Below are positions 1-10,575 of a stretch of 64,000 nucleotides of DNA, one piece after another. Below the pieces are notes generated by a model that saw only the letters and a list, made by a program, of their open reading frames with translations, was not told the origin of the DNA and did no database searches. Both the position numbers and the translations under genes were made by a program. The DNA comes from Octopus bimaculoides (taxonomy: Eukaryota). Location of the stretch: positions 23,687,006-23,751,005 of the forward strand of contig NC_068993.1 in the NCBI RefSeq assembly GCF_001194135.2, given 5' to 3'. Position 1 is the first letter of the stretch. Each line of letters begins with the position of its first letter.

Positions 1-1068
1 AGGAAGAAGAAGTAGAAGAAGAAGAAGAATAAAAAGAAGGAGAAGGAGAAGGAGGAGAAGAAGAAGAAGAAGAAGAAGACGAAGAAAAAGAAGGAGAACA
101 AAAAGAAGAAGAAGAAGATGAAGAAGAAAAGAAGAAGAAGAAGAAAAAGAAGAAGAAAAAGAAGAAGAAAAAGAAGAAGAAAAAGAAGGAGGAGGAGGAG
201 GAGAAAAAGAAGAAGAAGAAGAAGAAGAAGAAAAAGAAGGAGAAGGAGAAGGAGAAGGAGAAAAAGAAGAAGAAGAAGAAGAAGAAGAAAAAGAAGAAGG
301 AGAAGAAAGAGAAGAAGGAGAAGAAGAAGAAGAAGAAGAAGAAGAAGAAGAAGAAGAAAAAGAAGGAGAAGGAGAAGAAGAAGAAGAAGAAGAAGAAGAA
401 GAAAAGAAGGAGAAGGAGAAGAAGAAGAAGAAGAAGAAGAAGAAGANNNNNNNNNNNNNNNNNNNNNNNNNNNNNNNNNNNNNNNNNNNNNNNNNNNNNN
501 NNNNNNNNNNNNNNNNNNNNNNNNNNNNNNNNNNNNNNNNNNNNNNNNNNNNNNNNNNNNNNNNNNNNNNNNNNNNNNNNNNNNNNNNNNNNNNNNNNNN
601 NNNNNNNNNNNNNNNNNNNNNNNNNNNNNNNNNNNNNNNNNNNNNNNNNNNNNNNNNNNNNNNNNNNNNNNNNNNNNNNNNNNNNNNNNNAAGAAGAAGA
701 AGAAGAAGAAGAAGAAAAAGAAGAAGAAGAAGAAGAAGAAGAAAAAGAAGAAGAAGAAGAAGAAGAAGAAGAAAAAGAAGAAGAAGAATAAGAAGAAGAA
801 GAAGAAGCAGAAGAAGAAAAAGAAGAAGAAAAAGAAGGAGAAGGAGAAGAAGAAAAAGAAGAAGAGGAAGAAGAAGGAGAAGAAAAAGAAGAAGAAGTAG
901 AAGAAGAAGAAAAGAAGAGGAAGAAGAAGAAAAAGAAGAAAAAGAAGAAGAAGAAGAAGAAAAAGAAGAAGAAAAAGAAGAGGAAGAAGAAGAAGAAGAA
1001 GAAAAAGAAGAAGAAGAAGAAGAAGAAGAAGGAGAAGAAGAAGAAGAAAAAGAAGAAGAAGAAGAAGA

Positions 1069-1116
<48 letters not shown>
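1..1116. repeat. Compound (GAA/AAG/GGA)n purine tract ending in (GTA)n, interrupted by N-gap 447-690
   Basis: Directly visible. Almost purine-only on + strand to about 1072, then (AGT)n 1073-1116. Confidence 0.97.
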
Positions 1117-1118
<2 letters not shown>

Positions 1119-4100
1119 AATTGTCGTCAACATTGTTGCTTATCAAATTTAATCTCGGTTCCAATATTTGACTGCTACTTTAATTTATCGGCAGTGAAAT
1201 GAGCATTACAGTTTGTTATCCAGAATTGAATCATATGCAAAAATAAGACAAAAGACATCAAAGCGCCTGGCGATATATATGTTAGTTATATTTCTAGTAT
1301 TTTCAATTAGTCGCTGAAAACCTTGTGAGTCTCGGAAAAAAAAAAGAAAAACTTTAGTTAGAACTTTTATACTTAGAAATAATCTGACATAAAATGTATA
1401 TAAAAAAGCGTGGATTTAAGTGCATTTTGCGATTAAGAAATTTCCATGCAACATTCTTTGTATGTCTATACAGAGTTTTGGGGAAAATGAGAAACTAAAC
1501 AGAATCTACGGATGGGCGAACGTCTAAACTAAAAATAGAAGAGATGCCAAATCGGGTATTTCTCATTCTTTCTTATTGTCTCTCTGTTTAAAAACATTAC
1601 TTTGTAATAATCGTTTGGTACTGTTACATAATATTTGGGAGTAAAAATTGGTCAGCATGGTTGTTGTCGCTAATAGAATTTGAAAGGTTTCTTCAAACTT
1701 GACCCGAATGCAATTGCGGATATTAAAAAAATTATCTGGATAATTTTTGGTGTATAACAATCAACGCGTTTTTCTCTGTGGCATTGCAAGACAATTTTAC
1801 CCTCCACACTATTGTCTAATTTGGTTATTTTGAATTTTCAAAAAATAATGCCCACAGTGGTGTAAAATAAGCAATCAGTAATCTCAATGACTCCTCTCTA
1901 ACGGCACGGTGCGTAGATATATGACGTTGAGGTCCACTCCACTAGATCGTGAAGACGCTGTAGGGAATGTTTTATGTTGAGCTTTTAGGGCTAGTTGAGT
2001 TTCGTTAATTTCATATCATGTGTCTATACTCGATAACCTAGTTTCATTTGACCGAGATTTTTTAGTTTTTGGTGCATTTCTGATGTCTCTGATGTCGCAA
2101 GATGGACATCGATGTGTATGAGTCTTTACGCAAATACAAATGAGGAAAACTGAAAAGGTAAATTTACATTATTTTGTGTTATCCATTTTGCTCCACCTCA
2201 ATTTATATTTTATATGTTGAAAGAGATCAGAGATAATTGTCTGAAATAGTGTTCTGAATATGTTAATGTATTTTTTAATGCATTTAATCAGTCATTTACT
2301 TAGCTGATTTAAATTTTGCAAGGTAGTGAACATTTGTAATATTATTTTCTCATTAAAAAATACAGTAAATATTATTCATTGTGCCCTACGTTGCACTAAG
2401 CTCATAGAACTTCATGATAAAACGATGACGTATAAGCAGTTTGCGCTGCCTACTCTTAAGATAAAGCTGAATGCAAAGAAAACTGACATACTGCATTCGC
2501 TGAAAGTGCAGGGATCGAACAAGAATCTATATGACAGCACATATTACAAGCCTTTTATTGAGACAGCCAGAAAGCATGTAATGAATAAGAATACGTAAGT
2601 AATTGCAGAATATATGACTGTGGAAGAACAAATAGCCACATCTTTTCCTGTTTCCAATCATGAATTGCGATAAATGCTTAACATTTCGAGGCATTCAACT
2701 ACAAAGAAAGAAATCAATGATAACCAGTCACTTATTGCCATTAAGTCACTTTAAGAAAGGAAGTGTCAAATAATTGAAATTTCAGTCTCGAAAGATATTC
2801 AGATATATCTCAAAGAAAGCAAAAGCTTACTCAAAAATATAGATTTGGTCTGCGGCATGAAAGAGGAAACAACGTGTGGCTTGAAATTAGATTCAGTTCC
2901 CATAATAATAGCAACATAGTAATTATGGTAAAATTCTAGACATTTGACATGTACAAGACACAGAAAATAGCACAGCCATCCATTTTGCATATAGTATTTT
3001 GAGTATCATAGAAAATACGGAATGAAAAGAACACTTTGCGCATTCTTAAGGTATAAATAGTGGTGATACATATTACAGTGAATGAAATCAATGGAAGAAA
3101 GACGAGTAGTAACAATGCATATATTAACTTTGATATAAATAATTAATATAATACTCCTAAACTGAAATATACAGGAAATCCTTTCACAAACATTTAATAA
3201 TGACAGTGCTTTTTCTTTTCGTTCATGATGTTCTCTAAATGTAATATCCACAGCTTTTCTTTTGATATCTTTATCTATCCAAATATATAAAATTATTATC
3301 CTGTTGTAAAACAAAAATGTATTGCTATTTTGATATTCCTTAAATAATCGTATCCTTCAAAAACAGGAATAACATACTTTCCTAGGATTCTAATATATTC
3401 ATATTCCTAATAATTACATGCAGGACAATTTCCCCAATGTTATCATTTGCTTAGATTATTATATATGGGAGAATAGAACAAAGAATATGATGAAATTTCT
3501 TTCAGATATTTATTCGTAAGACACTGTGCTTCCATATTGTAATTGAAATGCCGATCAGGAAAAGTTAAATTAAGCCAACTGTCTTAAAGGAGAATATTAC
3601 ACTTATTTCATATATATTCCAGCGAGAAAATAATCGATACTGTGTTATTTTGATTTACATTTATTCCTCTAGTTACTTCTTGTTGCCCATGAAGTTTGAG
3701 TGTGTGAATAATCTAGCAGCATGTCGGTCTTGTGGATTCAGTGCGCTCTTCTGTAATTATTGTATTTGATAAATTTTCGTACACTGAGAGGTGAGTTATG
3801 TGAGATATAAATCTAGTTTTACTTTCGAATCATTGACCTAGTGGGTGAGGATATTATTATTCTTAGTTTAGAAAAACATTCGTTGTTGGAGATCAGTTTA
3901 TTTACTCATCACATAAGCATTTTGATTAGATAACGATCGGTTATATAACCCACGTGAATACAATATAGATATAGTTACTTAGCTTTTCCATACATCATCC
4001 TGTGGTACACACCTGATTATATCAAGGGGGATGTTTCCAGGAATCACTGAGAGTTACGGGATTTTTACCAATGAAATACTCTTACTCAGGCAATTCCGCC

Positions 4101-5378
4101 GTGGTGGTCCAGTGAGCACCACTACTATAGCACTAGTCACACCTCCCATTTTCATTCCTTCAAAACCATCTTGATTGTATTCTTGTTACCTAACCCGGAG
4201 ATACCTCTTGTGATACAAACCGCAATAGAATCAGTCAATGTTTGCAACCATTGATTAAATGTCAGAGTGAGACATTAGGAAAATCTTCTGAGAAATACTC
4301 ATCCTATAGATATATTTCCTTTTTCAGTTAGAATGAAGCCAGTTATACTTAAATAACATACTTGATGCATGAAAATACTATGTATGGTACTTGTATAGCA
4401 TTCGTTTCTAAAACTATCACCCATTTGGTGAAGGAAACCTATATAGTTAAGCGACAATTTACATCAGATTCACAGTCAAAAAGCAATGTGCAATGTTAAG
4501 AATAATTGGACAACGCATCCAAGTGCATCGATATAGATGAATCAAACACTTGATTAAATCAATTCTAGCATCTCCAGGGTTTTAAAGATATATTACTCAA
4601 AATACTTGAAATAGGAAATGAGGGCATCTGTTGCTGTGGTATTGAAACACAGAACATCAATTAATAAAGCCACATACTTCTTTATCCAACAGGAATTGTG
4701 TTTATGTATCTAATACCGTTCTAAGAGGAAGAAGTGACATTTTGTAGCTGTAATGTTCACATATTTGTAAATGTTAAATAGCTGAAAAATGTTAACCACA
4801 GTTTGTTTTGCAGTGTGCTGGTATTATATTTGTTATGCAAATGAGAAGCTATTGTATACTGCATTCTTGAGTAGGAGCACATCGTTAAATTCATTGAAGA
4901 AGATATATTTTTTATGATTAAAATTACTGCTATTCTGAAGCGAATAAATTTAAACGCCTCCAGGATGGTAGCAAAGCAATGAACTTTCTGAACTACGATA
5001 AACTTCCATTAGCCTTATGATATCCAATAAGTGCTAAGAAACAAACTAGAAATAATGAAAGGTCATGATAGCCAAGTCAACATGAACAGAGCAGCTGTTC
5101 TTAGTTTTAACTATAAAAAATAAAACATCATTTACTGCTACAAATAATCCATAAGAGGACATCATATGTTACAACATATCTAATGCTCAAACATCCTAAA
5201 AGTGAAATAAATCAATGTAAAGCATTTCCACATATACACACAGTTTCTCCCCTCCATTCTTACTTAGATAGAATATTCTCCATTCTTTCATAGAAAGAAT
5301 ATGAATAACAAATANNNNNNNNNNATATATATAGAATTCATTACGCATGAACACGATTATGCATACGTTCATATATAT

Positions 5379-5485
5379 GTACTAGTTACGGCTGTACATA
5401 TTCTAAAATTGGAACGATACAGTGAAGATTAGCATGGCCCCTGCGCAACGATGACACGCAAATTCGTGAAGCGTTCCATATTTTT
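5379..5485 (+). ncRNA. U6: U6 snRNA copy, probably a non-functional retrocopy or variant
   Basis: GTACTAGTTACGGCTGTACATATTCTAAAATTGGAACGATACAGTGAAGATTAGCATGGCCCCTGCGCAACGATGACACGCAAATTCGTGAAGCGTTCCATATTTTT is colinear with metazoan U6. The AGC triad and 3' end are intact. Substitutions occur at 5402, 5423 (ACAGAGA box reads ACAGTGA) and 5449 (ISL). No TATA box is apparent near -30. Confidence 0.95.
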
Positions 5486-5490
5486 TTTTT

Positions 5491-5562
5491 AATGGCGGTA
5501 CCCCAGCATGGCCACAGCTCATGAGCTGAAGCTAGATAAAATGAAGAATAAAAAATGAAAAA
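5491..5562 (+). mobile_element. Retroposon (SINE/LINE) 3' tail fused to U6
   Basis: 5494-5517 GGCGGTACCCCAGCATGGCCACAG matches 56909-56932 GGCGGTGCTCCAGCATGGCCACAG at 22/24, followed by a similar CTGAA..TAAAA A-rich end. Confidence 0.8.
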
Positions 5563-5945
5563 TATCGTGGCGCTCCGTCGGTTATGATGACGAGGGTTCC
5601 AGATGATCTGATTATCGGAACAGACTGCTCGTGGAATTAACCTGCAAGGGACTGAGCACTCCACAGGCACATGTACACTTAACGTAGTTCGCGGGGAGAT
5701 TCAACGTGACACAGAATATGACAAGGCTGGCTGTTGAAATGCAGGTACAACAGAAACAGGAAGAAAGAGTGGGAGAAAGCTGTGGTCAAAAATTGCAGCA
5801 GGGTTCGCCATCACCCACCGCCAAGCCTCGTGAAAACACCTTTAGGTGTTTTCGCTCAATAAACACTCACAACGCCCGGTCTGGGAATCGAAACCGTGAC
5901 CCCACGACTGCGTGTCCGCTGTCCTAATCACTGGGCCATTGCGCC
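5563..5945 (-). mobile_element. tRNA-derived SINE, tail-to-tail with the U6 chimera
   Basis: Minus strand begins GGCGCAATGGCCCAGTGATTAGG (A box) and has GGTTTCGATTCCC (B box), followed by a non-coding body of about 300 nt. Confidence 0.8.
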
Positions 5946-5949
5946 TCTA

Positions 5950-6039
5950 CACAGAAACACACACATACACACACACACACATAAATATATATATATATAT
6001 ATATAAATATATATATATATACATACATACGTACATACA

Positions 6040-6071
<32 letters not shown>

Positions 6072-6095
6072 CGTATATAGCATATATACATATAT
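5950..6095. repeat. (CA)n/(TA)n/(TACA)n compound microsatellite
   Basis: Directly visible. Confidence 0.95.
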
Positions 6096-6379
6096 GTAAT
6101 GATTGCATTACTTAATTAAATGGACCCGTTTGGTACTGCATGACTACTTGCTTAGTTTAATTATATATATTTGAAAGACTATGCGGATTATGTAATACAG
6201 TTTTCGATGTGTAAGGATCATTTTTTTAAAGCTATGTTTCTTTTAAATATTATGAAATCTTCTATGAGGATGTTACTAATCTTTTGGGGAAAGAATTTTT
6301 TTTGGTCGGGGTTTGATGTGTTTTATTATTGTATTTGAAAAAAAGTTTACATTATTGAAGTGTGTTAGACATTAAAAAT

Positions 6380-8130
6380 TATTAGTAATGTTCATGAAGT
6401 TCAATTAGCGTTTTCATACGTTCGTATTAATCATCATTGTATTGACTGACAGTCGTGTTGCGTTCTTGACAACCTTAGTAAAATGACTGATTTTTTTTCC
6501 CATTTTATACCTTTTAGAAGGTTCCGATAAGTTGCATTTTTCGAATACGATTTTGACCAATCAGCATGCAGCTTAAGCGACACAATTTGTCGGGCGCACC
6601 GATATTGCTAGCACAGATCCCGCCTTTATATTAACCAATTTGCTTGTGGCTTACATGTATGGTTTTATGAGTGGGCAAACTTAGTTGGCTTCGATTGTTT
6701 TTATTTCAATCGATAGGTTTCTTTTGTAATTTGTTTATATTCATATATCAAATATATTTTTAAATCTACATTATTATTCTTGTTATTTCCGTTCAGAATA
6801 GGTTTGAACATTTTAATGAAACGTTTTTCTTCTATCTTTCTTCCAATCATACTTGTGTCAAGTAGTTTGTGGAAGGGAAAAATTAGAAACATTTTCTGGC
6901 CACATGTTTCTATATGTTCACTGAATAGAATTTGGGAAACATTAGTGTTCCTGATTTATTATCTGTGAACTGGTGAGAAATTCCGATAATGCATTCCCTA
7001 TGTCACCAATGTATAGTTCCTCGTAATTAATGCAGTAGATCAAATTTCTGCTTTTTCAGTTCATATCTACATTTGAAAATATCTGTCCATTCGTTGTCTT
7101 AATGAATCTACCAGTACGCATATATTGACACGTTCCATATCAGTTATCATTACTCTTTGATACAGTGAATGTTTTATCCTGTTTGTTCACGTTGAATTTT
7201 GCCTTTCTTAATTGTTTCTTTAGATTATGCGTTTGCCTTTTGCTTAAGATAAGTATTTGATTAGTTATTATGTTTATTTATTTAATTATTCACATTCTTT
7301 CATGATTGGTAAATTTGTTTTGATGATGATAAAAATGTATTAGTGATGCAGAAGGTGTGTTACTAGAAATGGCATTGTGATTCGTTGATGGGTTCATCTT
7401 TCTCGTGTTGCTTTTAGTCGTTCTATAGGTATCACTTTTTTCATTGTATGCTATTTTCTTTAAGTAGGAGAGGGTAGTTTTACTTTAGCAGAAATTCTTT
7501 GAGTTCTATAAGTCGTATGTTCCTGGTATTTGGGTCATGTACTATAGTAAAACTTTTCCTGGCTAGACAGTACGGGATGTTGCGTTTTGTGTGTGTTAGG
7601 TGACATGATGGAAATTTAGGTACTGGGGGGTATCTTGGCTTTTGTAATAGATATCAGTTCTAATTGTGGTGTTGCTTTTAATTACCACTATGTCAAGAAA
7701 TGGGAATTCTGTGTTACTCATTTCTCTCGTTAATTTGAGACCAGGGTGTAAATTGTTGAGGAGGATGCTGAATTCCTCCAGATTGTTAGGGATTTGGTCC
7801 AAATTAGGAAACGATCATCGAGGTATCTTTTCCATGTGTCTTCTATATGCTTTCTAGAGCTCATGCCGTTATTTTCTTCAATTTTTAATATAGGTTTTGT
7901 TCCAACTATTCCAGTACTGAGTTCGTAAACACTGGAGCAAATTGCGTCCCCATAGCTAATCTTAAATTTCGAGGTAGATTTTTTCCGTTGAAAAAGAATG
8001 TGTTCTTTTCGAGGATGAGGATGACCGCGTCTAGTATGAAGGTTACACTAAGCCTACTGGGAATCACTTCTCTATTTCTATTTCTTAACCATCAAAGCCA
8101 GAATCACAGCATGCCTTTTCATTTCATTAA
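6380..8130 (-). mobile_element. Penelope-like element (RT + GIY-YIG endonuclease), decayed, with 3' pLTR-like region
   Basis: Minus-strand fragments: EKNTFFFNGK...LAMGTQFAP (about 7940-8020); LLNNLHPGLKLTRE...FPFLDI...TDIYYKSQDTPQYLNF (7596-7802); SRNLIYCINYEELYIG (about 7000-7060, GIY-YIG). RT lies upstream of the endonuclease, as in Penelope elements. Confidence 0.88.
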
Positions 8131-8233
8131 TAAGCTTTAGGCTTGTCACCGTCATTTTCTGAAATAGAAGTTCAATAATAATTAGTCAAATAAAATAATG
8201 ACTCACATTACATGTATCCTCGAATACCATCCG

Positions 8234-8237
<4 letters not shown>

Positions 8238-8264
<27 letters not shown>

Positions 8265-8598
8265 NNNNNNNNNNNNNNNNNNNNNNNNNNNNNNNNNNNN
8301 NNNNNNNNNNNNNNNNNNNNNNNNNNNNNNNNNNNNNNNNNNNNNNNNNNNNNNNNNNNNNNNNNNNNNNNNNNNNNNNNNNNNNNNNNNNNNNNNNNNN
8401 NNNNNNNNNNNNNNNNNNNNNNNNNNNNNNNNNNNNNNNNNNNNNNNNNNNNNNNNNNNNNNNNNNNNNNNNNNNNNNNNNNNNNNNNNNNNNNNNNNNN
8501 NNNNNNNNNNNNNNNNNNNNNNNNNNNNNNNNNNNNNNNNNNNNNNNNNNNNNNNNNNNNNNNNNNNNNNNNNNNNNNNNNNNNNNNNNNNNNNNNNN

Positions 8599-8650
<52 letters not shown>
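8238..8650. repeat. (TA)n - gap - (CA)n microsatellite
   Basis: Directly visible. Gap 8265-8598. Confidence 0.95.
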
Positions 8651-8658
<8 letters not shown>

Positions 8659-8825
8659 ATAGTGTATTGTTCCACGCTGGTAAGGTACAACAAAATGTAC
8701 TCCATTTGGCGAGAAATAAATATTATTTAATAAACACAGTATATGTATTTATGTAATACTATTAGATTCATGTGCAGAGAGCATGCCAAATATATTTTTC
8801 AAACATGTGAGTTGTCCTAGCACAA

Positions 8826-9048
8826 TCATCAGATACTATCCATGTGGCATAACGATCTAAATTTGGACGATAGCGTGCGAGAAAAAGCGAGAAATGGCGA
8901 AAATGAAGTAGATATAAAAACTAGAGTTTGATTTCCAGTTTTCAATCTTCCGCTCTTTATATCTACTTTTTTCTCGCCTTTTCTCGCTTTTTCTCTCATT
9001 CTATCGTCCCATTTTAGTTTGTTATGCCATGCGAAGAGTCTCTGATGA
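8826..9048. repeat. Fold-back (long inverted repeat) element, MITE-like or inverted pLTR-like
   Basis: Arms 8826-8918 and 8956-9048 align ungapped at 76/93 by manual count, with a 37-nt spacer. Confidence 0.88.
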
Positions 9049-9138
9049 TAGTTCTAAGAAACTAGGCGTTTGACATTGCTCTCAGCACATGAAACTAATA
9101 ATCGCGCATAAATACATACATTGCGTTTATTAAATTAT

Positions 9139-9346
<208 letters not shown>

Positions 9347-9347
9347 C

Positions 9348-9546
9348 TATTATATCCTTGAATTTGGATATAGACTACACTGTAAAATGATATAACACTA
9401 CAAAACTAAATCAGTAACAAACACGAAACAAACTTCTTCGATTGCCTTCACAAATGCGACTGCACGCACCACCAGTACGCATGCACCTTTATAAGTTTTA
9501 GGACAGTTCAGTTGCTATCCCACAAAGGTAGCATGATTTTACCACA
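9348..9546 (-). repeat. 3' LTR of the gypsy element
   Basis: Shares GATATAGACT(A/G)CACTGTAAAA, CTAAATCAGTAACA and CAGTACGCATGC(A/G)CCTTTATAAG(T/G)TTTAGGACAGTTCA with 13348-13591. Starts TGTGG on minus. Confidence 0.85.
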
Positions 9547-10140
9547 TCTCTTGGAAGTCAATATTTTTCTTTTATTTATTATATATTCATTATCACACTC
9601 CTCCCATTTTTTTACTTAATTCCCCGCAAATAAATTGGAATAATTTTTCGTTTTGGCTCTACTTCCAAAAGTTCTGTTTGTTTTTCTTTTTCTAGTCGAT
9701 ATACTTGTTTTTTTTTTTTTGGCTCTTACTTGAGCTATCGGGACGTCAAAAATATCATAAAGAAATTCCATTGGTTGTTCATAACTTATTTTCTCCTCCG
9801 TAAACTTTTTTTGTTTTCAATTGGTTTAGATGTCCTTTGTGTTCCCACGTATGACTTTTTACCATACACGTTATTTTTCCTAAACATTTACTTATTATAT
9901 CTTCTTCCCAGCTCTCTTTTCCGTTTCTATATTTTAAAAAACACCTTGTAACTGAATTTGAAGTATTTTATCTTAATTTCGATGTTTCCATTTTTTCTTT
10001 TCTTCCAGGTAGTAACTGGTTAATCACTGACCAGATTTTCCTTTCCAACGTTCGTTCATCCGTTGACATTCCTGAAGTGGTGGTTTTGGGGTTAGGTGTT
10101 ATTCGCTAGGCACTGAAGAATTGCGTCAATGCAGTATCAG

Positions 10141-10575
10141 CTAGTAGCTCATTCCTAGTCTTTTCAGTGCCGTCTTAAACGTGTCTTCAAATCGTTCCGA
10201 TAGTCCATTCGATTTCGGATGGTATAGTAGAGTAGTAATATGCTCCATTGCATGAATTTTGCAAACGTTTTTTAATTCCTTCGACATGAACTGTGTTCCG
10301 TTATCAGACACTAGAGTGTCAGTGATGCCATATCGCGCAAAAAGTTCGTCAAGATATTCCATTGTTATTTTGGAGGTTGGCATCATACATTTACATATTT
10401 CTGGCCATTTCATGTAACTGTCCACAGCTATCAGATAATACCCTCCATTTAACAGTCCTGCGAAGTCTATGTGTAATCTGGACCAAAGTATGTCAGTCTT
10501 GGACCAAAGGTGAATTTTTATAGGTGGTGCAATTGCTGCCAGGGCACATACCTGCCGGCTTTTACCAATTTTCAA
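10141..10575 (-). pseudogene. Gypsy integrase core (rve) fragment
   Basis: HIDFAG, SDNGTQF and HPKSNG motifs in the ORF track. Confidence 0.9.

Noticed and set aside
118-900. 260-aa K/R/E-rich ORF (protamine-like appearance)
   Set aside because: It is a translation of a GAA microsatellite across an N-gap, with no stops possible and no coding evidence.
2326-2990. Short ORFs 2326-2598 (+, ends at a GTAAGT donor) and 2799-2990 (-, signal-peptide-like start)
   Set aside because: No recognisable family and no consistent exon chain. The lengths are within chance expectation.
5340-5378. Possible U6 type-3 Pol III promoter
   Set aside because: The AT run abuts +1 instead of lying near -30, I see no recognisable PSE, and the upstream context is broken by a 10-N gap.
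5880-5945. tRNA-like sequences (also 31575-31632 and 56581-56650)
   Set aside because: They have A/B boxes but no complete cloverleaf and continue into SINE bodies, so they are SINE heads rather than tRNA genes.
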